A DNA stretch of 64,000 bases from Candidatus Poseidoniaceae archaeon (GTDB lineage: Archaea; Thermoplasmatota; Poseidoniia; Poseidoniales; Poseidoniaceae), in NCBI GenBank assembly GCA_028822845.1, contig JAPKCS010000007.1:2649-66648 (forward strand), read 5' to 3'. The notes below the pieces were generated by a model. It worked only from the letters and a program-made list of their open reading frames with translations, was not told the origin of the DNA and ran no database searches. The translations under genes and the position numbers were made by a program. The stretch's first letter is position 1. The number at the start of each line of letters is the position of its first letter. This document shows, in pieces, positions 17,233-27,468 of this stretch.

Positions 17233-19005
17233 TCAGTGTTCAAAGGAATAGAAATCCCCAATTTCACGTTGCTCTCGATCTTTGCGGCTTGCAGGCTTAT
17301 TGATTCGAGGGCGCTTTGAATCATGGTCTCGACGGAATGTGATGTTGACGCTTTGAAGGAAACGATTCATCCCTTCTCGAAGTCGGAACGGGCCTTTCGC
17401 AGAACCTTGTACCGCACCTTCGCCTTCGAACACGAGCAACGAGTCACTTACGATGTCGATGAAATATACGTCATGGTCAATCACAAAGGCTGATTTGTCA
17501 TTCGTTTCCATCGTTTTGCGGATCGCTTTGGCAGCGACCATACGAGCGTTTGCATCAAGGTGAGCCGATGGCTCATCGAACAGATACAGGTCTGCATCGC
17601 GGCCCAGGCAAATGGCAATTGCAACCGCTTGGCGCTCACCACCTGAGAGTTTCTTCACTCGCTTCGGTAGCAATTTATCTACGCCAAGAGCACGAATCAC
17701 GGTGACATTGAATTCACCAGAACGCCACTTTGAACCCATTTCGGTGTCGAGCCAAAGTTGGACGCTTCCATCAAAGTCAGCAGTCACATGTTGTGGTTTG
17801 TACGAAATTGTTGCGCCGTCGGAGACCCAGCCAGCATCGTAATCGAGTTCACCTGCAAGGATCTTGATCATGGTGGATTTCCCAGTCGCATTGGGTCCTA
17901 CAACGCCTACGACCTCTGAGCGATGAACGGAACCTTTTCCGGTCCTCAGAGTGAAATCTCCAAGCTTCTTTTCGAGGTCGCCCCATTCGAGAACGGTGCT
18001 CCCAAGCTCATTTGATCGTTCGTAGTGCTTCAAAAATTTAATTGGTTTGTCGCGGATACGTACATTCTCTTCCGCCAAAAATCCATCCAAATAAGCGTTG
18101 ATAGCGGTGCGGGTCGAACGAGAGGGCGTAAAGATCCCATACGCACCCTTCTCTCCATAAACGATGTGAACCAAATCACATAGAACATCCAGAATAGCCA
18201 AATCGTGTTCGACGACGAGAACCCGTTTGCCCTTTTCGGCCAATGCCTGTAGGATCAACACCATTCGCATCCGCTCGTAAATATCGAGGTAGGATGATGG
18301 TTCATCGAAGAAATAGATATCCGCTTCTTTGAGCAAGGTCGCACAGATTGCAACCCGTTGTAACTCACCACCTGAGAGAACGCCAAGTTTACGCCCAAGA
18401 ATATGCGTGATTCCAAGCTGCTCAGAGAGTGTATCGATCTCATTTCTGTCATCGACCCTCTCGAGGAGTTCTCGAACTTCACCATCAAACACTTTGGGTA
18501 ATTTGTCAATGTGTTGAGGTTTGACCGAAATCGTCACTTTACCTTCTGAAACTAAGCCGAGATAGTCCCGAAGTTCACCGCGTGGGAACATTGTGATGAC
18601 ATCCTCCCAATCAGGTGGGGGGTTTTTCCAATCTCCAAGGTTTGGTCGAAGGGATCCCGAAAGGTGCTTGATGGCAGTCGATTTACCAATTCCGTTTGGA
18701 CCAAGTATCCCGACAACCTGACGTTTCCGAGGTGCAGGGAGGCGAAAGAGACGAAAACCATTCAATGAGAACTGATGAATCATGTCGGTATCGAGTTCTT
18801 CAGGGAGATTGATGATTTTGACCGCGCCATCCGGGCATAGCTTAGCTCGGATAAGGCACGGTGGGCAAGCAGACTCAAGGATCTTACAGTGATCTTCGTA
18901 GACTTGAATGCATTCGCCACCACACAATCCTGCATACTTTTGCAAGTACTTGAATGCGTTACTGTTCGGTTTGCAACGCTCTTGAAGAAGGATTGCGACT
19001 CTCAT
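17233..19005 (-). CDS. abce1: ABCE1 / RNase L inhibitor-type ribosome recycling ATPase
   Basis: N-terminal double 4Fe-4S Cys clusters (CKPNS...CGGEC...CPPCLIRAKLCP). Two ABC modules (GPNGIGKST / LSGGELQRV and GPNATGKST / LSGGERQAV). Confidence 0.95.
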   Translation of the reverse strand: MRVAILLQERCKPNSNAFKYLQKYAGLCGGECIQVYEDHCKILESACPPCLIRAKLCPDGAVKIINLPEELDTDMIHQFSLNGFRLFRLPAPRKRQVVGILGPNGIGKSTAIKHLSGSLRPNLGDWKNPPPDWEDVITMFPRGELRDYLGLVSEGKVTISVKPQHIDKLPKVFDGEVRELLERVDDRNEIDTLSEQLGITHILGRKLGVLSGGELQRVAICATLLKEADIYFFDEPSSYLDIYERMRMVLILQALAEKGKRVLVVEHDLAILDVLCDLVHIVYGEKGAYGIFTPSRSTRTAINAYLDGFLAEENVRIRDKPIKFLKHYERSNELGSTVLEWGDLEKKLGDFTLRTGKGSVHRSEVVGVVGPNATGKSTMIKILAGELDYDAGWVSDGATISYKPQHVTADFDGSVQLWLDTEMGSKWRSGEFNVTVIRALGVDKLLPKRVKKLSGGERQAVAIAICLGRDADLYLFDEPSAHLDANARMVAAKAIRKTMETNDKSAFVIDHDVYFIDIVSDSLLVFEGEGAVQGSAKGPFRLREGMNRFLQSVNITFRRDHDSKRPRINKPASRKDREQREIGDFYSFEH

Positions 19006-19184
19006 GAGACCAATTCCCTAAACAAGAAAAGAAAGGTGTGAGGTGAATCGGGGACGCAGATAAAGACGTGATTCAACTGTTGATGATTCATCTTCTGACC
19101 TCCGTTGTTTGCTGTATCAGTGGCTTCACTTCTATCTTAAGGAACTCTCGCCCAATAAGCCACAACAAACAGAGGTTTGTTCGA

Positions 19185-19203
19185 CATTGGGCTAAGCCCA
19201 ATG
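19185..19203 (-). terminator. Perfect 9-bp palindrome just downstream of the rpl10e stop (possible terminator or processing hairpin)
   Basis: cattgggct-a-agcccaatg read directly. It lies 5 nt after the rpl10e stop on the minus strand. Confidence 0.3.
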
Positions 19204-19207
19204 AATT

Positions 19208-19747
19208 TCAAATGAGACCCTTGAGGTGCTCGTGTCCTTTGATGAGACGGATGGTGCATGGGGTTGGGAATTTCATGCTGGCCTTTCGCAATGCATCACG
19301 GGCAGTCAAGTAGAATTCTGGATTCACTTGCAGTGAGATCACACGTTGTCCACGCTTGACACGTGCTGCTGTACCAACGTTCTTTCCAAATGCACAGCGC
19401 ATTCCTTGAGAGACACGGTCTGCACCTGCACCGGTTGCTTGCTTGTTTTCACGAAGCACATGGTGAGGGAAGGTGTGGACCCGGAGAGCATATCCTTGTG
19501 TGCCAGCGAGCTTTCGGATGGTCGAATTGGAGATGACACGGGCCGCTTCGAGGGCGGTGTGGCGAATCTGAACGTTGTTATTGGAACGAAGTTCAAGGAT
19601 GACGGGGAACTTGCCTGTCTCCGCAGCAACACGGTTTCCGACGTGGTACTGGTGGATTCTGTTGTTCGGGACACCGCCAATAAACTTACGTCGTGTGTAA
19701 GCAGGTCCTTTGAGTCGGCGATACATGGATGCTGGTTTGCGTGCCAT
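19208..19747 (-). CDS. rpl10e: 50S ribosomal protein L10e (uL16)
   Basis: MARKPASMYRRLKGPAYTRRKFIGGVP start is typical of L10e. ORF trimmed to ATG 19747. Confidence 0.9.
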   Translation of the reverse strand: MARKPASMYRRLKGPAYTRRKFIGGVPNNRIHQYHVGNRVAAETGKFPVILELRSNNNVQIRHTALEAARVISNSTIRKLAGTQGYALRVHTFPHHVLRENKQATGAGADRVSQGMRCAFGKNVGTAARVKRGQRVISLQVNPEFYLTARDALRKASMKFPTPCTIRLIKGHEHLKGLI

Positions 19748-19871
19748 AATTAAATCTCCAAGCAACCTTGCGACCGATGGTTCCTTTATCATCTCTCCGC
19801 CTCGGCACATGCGGACGTTTTAGCACGATGTCCGAACTGAACCCCTCCGATTCAAGGAGACAAAAGCATTC

Positions 19872-21182
19872 ATGTGCTCCATTCGTTTGTTTCTCTTCAT
19901 GGCGAAGGGATGGCGGGGATACCTCGAGGAAGAATCCGAATTCCAATGGATTGCCATGGCCGGATTTTTGGTCTTTATTCTGCTCGGAGCAGTTGCTATT
20001 CAAGGCACGAGCAACCTCCCTGGCGTTGAAGTCGGATCCAACAACGCAACCCATGAAGGGGCTCGGGTCCTCGACATCACCTACACCTCCGATAATTCAT
20101 TCACGGCAACGATCGTCACGTCTGACGGGGTTGAACTCTACCAGCAGCCTGACAGCAACTCTGCCATAGAAATCATCAGCGCCTCCAACGGAGTCGGCGC
20201 AGACAACATCCAGTTCCTGACAACCCTCGAAAATGGTAACACGGTGATTTCACCCTCGAAAAATACCCTTCAAGTGATCCATTCCCTCGAGAACGAAGCG
20301 AGCCAAGAACCCCTCATTTCAACCATTGAAGTGGACGACTCAACTGGGAACTTCAGCATAATTGACTTGGCTGAGACCTCACATGCAGATGGCACTTCGT
20401 GGATGATGGTTACGAAGGAAGGAACGGAAAGCACCCTGCGAGGTTTAGGGGTCATCGGCGACGGTGCGTCTTCAGCAAACAGCATTGGTAACTCGATGTC
20501 CGCAAGTTCCCTTTCCCCAGCAATGCCGAACAGCGCCGATGTTGTTTGGCAAAATGTTGCCGCCCTGAAGGGAGACCTTTGGGTCGCATCAGGATACATG
20601 TCCTACGCCGCCACCGGTCAAGGGTCAAGCCCAGCAAGCCCAAACATCGTACCAGTTGTTGCAGTGATCAAGTGGAGCGCTGGAACCGTTGCACCAACAG
20701 TCGAAACAATGCACACCGGAGAAGGAGGCGCCTTCCACACCTTGCTCGAACTCAGCGACTCAACGGTGTTCGCTGCTGGAACAGACGGCAGCACCCACAT
20801 TGATGCAACTGGGAAAATGAACCACTATGAAGCAATCAGTGTCACAGCTGTTGCTGATGACCTCGATCGTGTTTGGTTGTTCGGCAACGTTGGAAGCGAA
20901 ACGATTCACAGAATCTCAAACGGAGAATCCGAGATGCTTTCACTCTCACGCCCCCTTACATTCCAAGCTGAAGCAAGTGGCTTTGGCACCCATTTGATCT
21001 TCTTGCATGGTGTTGATGATTCTGGCGATGTCAAAACAATGACCATCGACACAACAGCAGCAGGCTCTATAGAGAGCGGCCGGGGCTTTTTGAACTTCAT
21101 GTTTATGGCCGTATTCACGACCACAATGCTGGTGATGGCATGGACGGTAAGCAACCGTTTCCGAACCTTCCAACGCCGATGA
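19872..21182 (+). CDS. Hypothetical surface protein with N-terminal TM/signal and C-terminal TM anchor
   Basis: AMAGFLVFILLGAVAIQG near the N-terminus (alternative starts 19899 and 19956). Ser/Thr/Gly-rich beta-type ectodomain. C-terminal FMFMAVFTTTMLVMAWTV followed by a basic tail. Confidence 0.5.
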   Translation: MCSIRLFLFMAKGWRGYLEEESEFQWIAMAGFLVFILLGAVAIQGTSNLPGVEVGSNNATHEGARVLDITYTSDNSFTATIVTSDGVELYQQPDSNSAIEIISASNGVGADNIQFLTTLENGNTVISPSKNTLQVIHSLENEASQEPLISTIEVDDSTGNFSIIDLAETSHADGTSWMMVTKEGTESTLRGLGVIGDGASSANSIGNSMSASSLSPAMPNSADVVWQNVAALKGDLWVASGYMSYAATGQGSSPASPNIVPVVAVIKWSAGTVAPTVETMHTGEGGAFHTLLELSDSTVFAAGTDGSTHIDATGKMNHYEAISVTAVADDLDRVWLFGNVGSETIHRISNGESEMLSLSRPLTFQAEASGFGTHLIFLHGVDDSGDVKTMTIDTTAAGSIESGRGFLNFMFMAVFTTTMLVMAWTVSNRFRTFQRR

Positions 21183-21296
21183 AAGAATCGCTTGGAACCC
21201 ACGAGAAATCACCATCTCCATACCATCGTGTCGAGAACCTTCATTTGCTCTCGGCCACGACCGAAAACTCTAGCGGAAGCAAGGAGGCCGAGGTGC

Positions 21297-23948
21297 ATGA
21301 CAAAACGGGGCATGATGGACCAATTTATGGACATCAAGGCGGAACACCCAGACTCCGTTTTATTTTTCAGAATGGGTGACTTTTACGAACTCTTTCACGA
21401 AGATGCTGTTACCGGCTCTGAAGTGCTTGGTTTGGCTCTCACTTCCCGGGACAAGAAAGCAGATGCACCCATCCAGATGGCTGGATTCCCTTGGCATGCC
21501 CTCGAGGACAACATTCGAACCATGCTGCGGTCAGGGCACAAAGTCACGGTGGCTGAACAGGAAAAAGAACTCAGAGAGGGCGCTAAGTTGCTCGAACGTA
21601 TTGTCACTCGAGTCTACACCCCCGGAAGCCTGTATGAAGAATCCTTACTCGGTAGCGATGATCGCTCACTTCTCGTCAGTATTTGCCTGGCAAAGGAAAC
21701 ACTCGGCATTGGAATCATCGATGCTTCAACCGGCCAGGCATGGGCTTCAAGCCTTGAAGGGGATGACCGATTTTCTCGAGCGCTTGATGAGGTGCTACGC
21801 TGGCGCCCAACCGAAATTGTAGTCTCGCCAAAGGACGCAGAAGATGCGACACTGCGCGCCTTATTCACACACCTCGATGGTGTCACCATCAGCCAACATC
21901 GAGCCAGTGATTCAAAGCGAAGAGACCGCCTCACCAAGGTCCTCAAAGTCGCCGATTTAGGTCACATCGACCTCGATAGTGCTCCCTTGGCGTTGGCAGC
22001 AGCAGGGCTAGCAGCAGACTACCTCGCCTCAATGCATCTCACAGACGAAGTCCCACTGCGGGACCTTGAGGTCATGGAAGAGAACGCTCATCTTGTTCTT
22101 GATCAAACCACCTTGAGGAACTTGGAATTAACCTCAACGCTTGCCGGCGAGTACGAGGGGAGCCTCCTCTCAACACTGAATGCTTGCCGAAGTGCCATGG
22201 GTCGTCGGTTGCTCAAGACATGGATTCTTCGCCCCCTCGCCGATTTGCAAGCAATCGCAGCACGCCATGACGCAGTCGGAGCCCTTTCGCGCTCGGCTCG
22301 CAGGCTTGACGGATTGCGAGAAGCCCTCAAAGGACTTCGGGACATGGAACGGCTCGCCACCCAATTGGCATACAACCGTTCGAATGGTCGTGACTTGTTG
22401 GCCGTCGCTGATGCCTTGGAACGAATGCCAGCAATCATCAACCTCTGCTCCGAAACAAAAAACCCGCTTCTGCTCCACCTTTCATCGGACCTCAATGCTC
22501 TGCAAGAAACAGCCGAGAACATCAGAAGAACCCTTGTCGAGGAACCACCGCTTAGTGTTCGAGATGGCGGATTGCTTCGCCCTGGATTTGATTCGAAGGT
22601 CGATGCTTTGCGTGAGACTGCTGCATCGGGCCATACATGGTTTGCAGAATTGGAAACCAAACTCAAGAAAGAATTGGAAATACCTTCACTTAAAGTGAGA
22701 ATGAACCGACAAATTGGTTGGTTCATTGAAGTCACGAAGATCAATGAATCAAAAACGCCAGAACACTGGAAGAGAAAGCAACAAATGACCAATGGTTCGA
22801 GGTACGTCACCGATGAATTATTGCAGCGCGATGATGCCTTGTTGACTGCAGATACCAAGTCGAAGGAATTGGAGTACCGGGCGTTTATTGACCTACGAGA
22901 AACATGCAGAACTGATGCGCAAACCTTGGCGCAAATTGCCGGTAAGGTTGCTGCAATCGATGTACTGCAGTGTTTTGGAACCATTGCTCGGACGCGAGCA
23001 TGGAATCGCCCTGAAATGGTGGAATCGGGCATCATTCGAGCTGAAGGCGCACGTCACCCGGCCCTTGAGCAACAGTCGGGGTTCGTCCCAAACGACTTAG
23101 AATTAAACAAAAAACGCAACTTCCTACTCATCACCGGGCCGAACATGGGCGGTAAGTCCACCTACCTCAGAACGACTGCCTTGTTGACAATCCTGGCCCA
23201 AAGTGGTTCCTTCGTTCCAGCAACCAGCGCTAAGATTGGCCTCGTCGATCGTATTTTCACCCGGGTTGGGGCGAGCGATGACCTTCGTCGAGGGCGTTCA
23301 ACCTTCATGATGGAAATGATTGAGGTCGCTCATATCTTACGACGAGCCACTTCCAAATCGTTGATCTTACTGGATGAAATTGGGAGAGGGACCTCCACGT
23401 TCGATGGCTTATCCATCGCCTGGTCCGTTACTGAAGACATCTGTAAACGAATTCAAGCCAGAACATTGTTTGCGACCCACTATCACCAATTGATTGGCCT
23501 CGAAGGCGAAGTCAATGGTTTGGTAAACGTCCATGTTCAAGTGGCGCAAGCCAATGGGGAACTGAGGTTTATGCATACGGTTGCAGATGGCCCTTGTGAT
23601 GATTCATACGGGGTTCAAGTTGCTGCTCTTGCCGGCCTTCCACGGCCGGTGGTTGAACGGGCCACTGACCTCTTGGCCTTCTTAGAGAATCAAGCGCAGG
23701 GGGCAAAAGCAGGAGAAACTGGCACACCAACAGCAAGAGCCCAGGGGCAATCGAGCCTCATGGGGTACTTTGCTGCTGCCGCAATGGGTCAATTGCCTGA
23801 AGAAACAAAAGTCGATCCTTTCCCGCAAGCACACAGAGATCTCATTGCGAGGATCGAAGGTCTGGATGTTGATGAGTTAAGTCCACGGCAAGCACATGAT
23901 GCTCTGTATCAACTGAAGAAACTACTCGGAGATGATGTCCATGAATGA
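21297..23948 (+). CDS. mutS: DNA mismatch repair protein MutS (bacterial MutS1 type)
   Basis: FFRMGDFYELF, Walker A ITGPNMGGKSTYLR, DEIGRGTSTFDG. Start at ATG 21297, preceded by AGGAGG. Confidence 0.95.
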   Translation: MTKRGMMDQFMDIKAEHPDSVLFFRMGDFYELFHEDAVTGSEVLGLALTSRDKKADAPIQMAGFPWHALEDNIRTMLRSGHKVTVAEQEKELREGAKLLERIVTRVYTPGSLYEESLLGSDDRSLLVSICLAKETLGIGIIDASTGQAWASSLEGDDRFSRALDEVLRWRPTEIVVSPKDAEDATLRALFTHLDGVTISQHRASDSKRRDRLTKVLKVADLGHIDLDSAPLALAAAGLAADYLASMHLTDEVPLRDLEVMEENAHLVLDQTTLRNLELTSTLAGEYEGSLLSTLNACRSAMGRRLLKTWILRPLADLQAIAARHDAVGALSRSARRLDGLREALKGLRDMERLATQLAYNRSNGRDLLAVADALERMPAIINLCSETKNPLLLHLSSDLNALQETAENIRRTLVEEPPLSVRDGGLLRPGFDSKVDALRETAASGHTWFAELETKLKKELEIPSLKVRMNRQIGWFIEVTKINESKTPEHWKRKQQMTNGSRYVTDELLQRDDALLTADTKSKELEYRAFIDLRETCRTDAQTLAQIAGKVAAIDVLQCFGTIARTRAWNRPEMVESGIIRAEGARHPALEQQSGFVPNDLELNKKRNFLLITGPNMGGKSTYLRTTALLTILAQSGSFVPATSAKIGLVDRIFTRVGASDDLRRGRSTFMMEMIEVAHILRRATSKSLILLDEIGRGTSTFDGLSIAWSVTEDICKRIQARTLFATHYHQLIGLEGEVNGLVNVHVQVAQANGELRFMHTVADGPCDDSYGVQVAALAGLPRPVVERATDLLAFLENQAQGAKAGETGTPTARAQGQSSLMGYFAAAAMGQLPEETKVDPFPQAHRDLIARIEGLDVDELSPRQAHDALYQLKKLLGDDVHE

Positions 23949-25971
23949 ACCAAATCGAATCGTTCAGCTTGACGACACCACCATCGGACACATCGCCGCA
24001 GGTGAGGTTGTTGAAAGGCCTGCTCAGGTCGTCAAGGAACTGCTGGAAAATAGCTTGGACGCTGGTGCTACACGCGTGGTCATCACCGTTGAACGCGGAG
24101 GTTTCGACCTTATTCGCATTGAAGACAATGGCGGCGGCATTGTGGCAACAGACCTCCCATTAGCCCTCGATCGACACGCCACATCGAAATTGAAAAGCAA
24201 GGAAGACCTCCACTCGATCCACACCCTTGGTTTCAGAGGTGAAGCCTTGGCAAGCATCGGCATGGTTTCTGGATTGAGCATCGCAAGCCGTCCAGAGGGA
24301 ACCGAAGGAAAGAGAATCGCAATGAACGATGGGCAAAAAGGAGTCGTGGAACCATTTGGTATGCCGAATGGAACACGTATTGATGTAGAACACTTGTTCC
24401 AAAACACACCCGCACGTCTTGCTTTCCAGAGGCGACCAGCAACTGAAAACGCTCGTATCGTCGATGTCGTTGTCGCACATGCCATGGCACACATGGATGT
24501 CGCCTTCAGACTCTTGATCGATGAGCGAGCCGTTTTGGATGTGCCTGTATCTGAAGGCATGGCTGATCGTTTGTACGACCTTTTGGGCGGCCAAGCACAA
24601 TCCATGCTGCCCCTCGACGCCCCACCAGGCGATTCTGAAGCGCCCGGTGAGGAACAATGGTCGGGTTGGATCAGCACCCCTGACATCACGAGAGGAAAGG
24701 GCGATGACATTCACATTCTCATCAACGATCGCCCTGTTGCTTCTGGACCTTTTTTACAAGCCATTCGCCGGGGCTATCGCACCCGCTTGATGCAGGGGCG
24801 TCACCCGTTAGCCGTGTTAGCGCTCACTTTGCCTCCAAACGAAGTGGACGTCAATGTTCATCCAACGAAAAGAGAAGTTCGACTTCGGCATTCATGGCGG
24901 GTGCTGGAGCGACTTGAACGAGCCATTGCTCACACGCTTGAATCGGTGCCAACGGTGCCAGATGCAGCGGGCGGCATCCCTGGTTTACAAGGCCTGAGCC
25001 AGCAACAAGCACCAAGCATTCAGGAACTCTTCAAAACCCAGCCAGAACCACAACCGCTGGAAGCAAAGCCGATTGATTCCCTCGCAGCCGCTGCTGGAAC
25101 TTCGACGGTTGTTCTACCTCAACAAACAAATCAGGTCTCAGGCCCTCCGGCATGGGCGATTGCTGCTGGAGCTCAACTCAACCTCCATGGTGGCGAGGCA
25201 GAAGAGCAAGAGAAGGCAATGAAGCAACGACCACAATCAACAGCACCCGCAGCGCAAAACACGCTACCGGGCATGGATGAACGGCCAACTGCTCCTGCTC
25301 TATCACCGGCAGAGAGAGAACTTCACCGGCACTCCGGACAAGGCCTTCGTAATTCACCCAGTGATGAATCGCCCCTTGGCGAGGTCATCAATGACCTTCC
25401 TGCCATGGAACCTTTGGCTCAGTTTGCTGATTCCTACATCCTCGTCCAGGCAGAAGATGAACTGCTTTTGATCGATCAACACGCCCTCCATGAACGGGTT
25501 CGCTATGAACGACTTCGCAACGATGAGTCAATTTGGGCGAGTCAAACCAGACTCGAGCCCCTCCAACTTGACTTGGACCCAAGACAAACTGCTCGCTTAG
25601 ATGCAGCGCAAGAGACCTTCCGGAAGGTTGGCTTTGAGCTTGAAGGGTCGGAACAAGGTTGGGCTGTGACCGCAGCACCTCAGTTGCTTGATGGTGACGA
25701 AGTTGTTCCATTCATGCTTGACCTTCTCCAAGACACAGCCGAAGATGGTGCACCACTCACCACCATTGACCAGAGAAAAGATCACCTTGCTTTCTTGAAT
25801 GCATGCCGAGGTGCAGTCAAAGCCAATGAGAAATTGACGCTCCCTGAAATGCGAAGGTTGCTCGATGACATGCGCCGAATTCCAAACCCTTGGGCCTGCG
25901 TTCACGGGCGGCCGACTGCGTTGCGTCTCCCATTGGATGCGCTTGACCATCACTTTGGCCGTCATGGCTAA
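23932..25971 (+). CDS. mutL: DNA mismatch repair protein MutL, endonuclease-proficient type
   Basis: GHKL ATPase motif GEVVERPAQVVKELLENSLDAGA. C-terminal DQHALHERVRYE (DQHAx2Ex4E), ACR and CVHGRP motifs. Overlaps the mutS stop by 17 nt. Confidence 0.9.
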   Translation: MMSMNEPNRIVQLDDTTIGHIAAGEVVERPAQVVKELLENSLDAGATRVVITVERGGFDLIRIEDNGGGIVATDLPLALDRHATSKLKSKEDLHSIHTLGFRGEALASIGMVSGLSIASRPEGTEGKRIAMNDGQKGVVEPFGMPNGTRIDVEHLFQNTPARLAFQRRPATENARIVDVVVAHAMAHMDVAFRLLIDERAVLDVPVSEGMADRLYDLLGGQAQSMLPLDAPPGDSEAPGEEQWSGWISTPDITRGKGDDIHILINDRPVASGPFLQAIRRGYRTRLMQGRHPLAVLALTLPPNEVDVNVHPTKREVRLRHSWRVLERLERAIAHTLESVPTVPDAAGGIPGLQGLSQQQAPSIQELFKTQPEPQPLEAKPIDSLAAAAGTSTVVLPQQTNQVSGPPAWAIAAGAQLNLHGGEAEEQEKAMKQRPQSTAPAAQNTLPGMDERPTAPALSPAERELHRHSGQGLRNSPSDESPLGEVINDLPAMEPLAQFADSYILVQAEDELLLIDQHALHERVRYERLRNDESIWASQTRLEPLQLDLDPRQTARLDAAQETFRKVGFELEGSEQGWAVTAAPQLLDGDEVVPFMLDLLQDTAEDGAPLTTIDQRKDHLAFLNACRGAVKANEKLTLPEMRRLLDDMRRIPNPWACVHGRPTALRLPLDALDHHFGRHG

Positions 25972-27401
25972 TCTTCAAGTGGCGGTAACACAAGCATTTC
26001 CACACCAACACCTGCTGCTGTAAGGCGATCAAGGAATGCTTCATCAGCGATGGTATGCAAATCTTGGCCGATGATGTCTCCGCCACAATTCATTGCAAGC
26101 AGAACAGCGGTCATGAACAAACGGTGGTCGCCATGTGTATCAACTGGAAGCGAAGGACGAGCAGGCATTTGATGACCTTCAATTTCAAGACCGTCAGAAG
26201 TAACGGTTGCTTTGAGTCCAAATTGTGCGAGAAGTTCTGACGTTCGAGTCAGTCGGTTGCTTTCTTTGAAAGCAGCGTGAGGAGCACCCGTGAGGCAGCC
26301 GCCTGCGTTCATGGCCAGCACAGCCGCGAGGGGGGGAAGCAAATCATTGGCATTCCTCAAGTCAAGGTTCGCAGGCTCGGTTGCTTCAACCAGAGTGAGA
26401 AGGTCGTTATCCCAGTGAACTCCAAGGACACCTGATGATGATTCGAGGAGTTCATGCCCAATCGCATCTCGGGGGTTTGGCCAGCCGATCAAGGTGATGT
26501 TACGGCCCGTTGTTGTGCATGCTAAGAGGGCGAAAGCAGCCATTGAAGCATCGCCTGGCACTGTGTAAGATGTTGGTGGGACGAGGGCTGTAGGCATCAA
26601 GACAAGGTGGTCATCTTTCAATTCAAATGCACCGCCGAACGCTTCCAGCAATTCCATACTCAAGGAGGAATGGCGAGACGAAACAGCATCACCTTCCAAT
26701 CGCAGGGTGGTGGAACAGGGGAGGCTTGGTGCTGCGAGGATCCAAGAGGAAAGAGGCTGACTGGAACGGCTGATATCAAGCGTGATGCCTTCTGCTAACT
26801 TGGCCACCAACATGGGGCCGTCGAGGAGTGCCGGTAAACGCTCTTCACCAAGGCCAATCGATATGGTCACGCCCGCCTGTTCGAGGCTTGACCACAGTTC
26901 CGTTGATGTTCTGCGCCTCAACGAGCCATCGCCGTCAACCATCACCGGGCCACCAATAAGGGCTGCATGGGTGCTCAACAGCCGCAAGGTGGTTCCAGAG
27001 TTCCCAGCATTGAGAACCGTTGCTGGGCGGTGAAAACCTCCGCTACCCACGCCATGAACCCGCCATCGCTTTGCCTCTGGGTTGTGTTCAATATTGACTG
27101 GATTGACTTGATGCAAAAGATCGCCTCCTTCAGAAAAGTCTTCGATTTTCACACCGAGTTGCTGTAAACATCGACGCATGGAGCGAGCATCTTCACCAGC
27201 ATGTTGAATGTTGTAAAGGTCGACTCCAGTCGGTGATTGTGCAGAGAGAAGCAGGCTTCGAATGAGATGGCTTTTTGATGGCGGGAGCGCCCAGTGAATC
27301 GGTTCACTGGAAGGGCTTGGCGTGATCCTAGAGACCAGGAGGTTGTTCCTTCGGTGATCAGGGCCACTTGAGGTCCAGCGCTTTGCCCAACGCTTGCCCA
27401 T
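25968..27401 (-). CDS. aroA: 3-phosphoshikimate 1-carboxyvinyltransferase (EPSP synthase)
   Basis: LPPSKSHLIRSLLLSA and AGNSGTTLRLL motifs. The 550-aa ORF is trimmed to ATG 27401, because the upstream part overlaps the divergent moaA leader. It still carries an N-terminal extension of about 40 aa. Confidence 0.85.
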   Translation of the reverse strand: MGKRWAKRWTSSGPDHRRNNLLVSRITPSPSSEPIHWALPPSKSHLIRSLLLSAQSPTGVDLYNIQHAGEDARSMRRCLQQLGVKIEDFSEGGDLLHQVNPVNIEHNPEAKRWRVHGVGSGGFHRPATVLNAGNSGTTLRLLSTHAALIGGPVMVDGDGSLRRRTSTELWSSLEQAGVTISIGLGEERLPALLDGPMLVAKLAEGITLDISRSSQPLSSWILAAPSLPCSTTLRLEGDAVSSRHSSLSMELLEAFGGAFELKDDHLVLMPTALVPPTSYTVPGDASMAAFALLACTTTGRNITLIGWPNPRDAIGHELLESSSGVLGVHWDNDLLTLVEATEPANLDLRNANDLLPPLAAVLAMNAGGCLTGAPHAAFKESNRLTRTSELLAQFGLKATVTSDGLEIEGHQMPARPSLPVDTHGDHRLFMTAVLLAMNCGGDIIGQDLHTIADEAFLDRLTAAGVGVEMLVLPPLED

Positions 27402-27468
27402 GGATGCTCCACCTTCACTTCTGCCATCAACCCTTGCAAGACAGCATAAAAAACGAGGACGCCTACCG

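Noticed and set aside
19081-19098. TGATGA ... CTGA pair suggesting a C/D-box sRNA in the rpl10e-ABCE1 spacer
   Set aside because: The boxes are only 8 nt apart. No second C'/D' pair or terminal stem could be found at the spacing expected for a ~50-60-nt archaeal C/D sRNA. Probably chance.
22103-23035. 310-aa antisense ORF inside mutS
   Set aside because: Ser/Arg/Ala-rich low-complexity translation with no motifs, lying entirely within a gene that has strong MutS motifs. It is a typical shadow ORF.
24024-24714. 228-aa and 184-aa antisense ORFs inside mutL
   Set aside because: Shadow ORFs opposite the conserved GHKL ATPase domain of MutL. No motifs.
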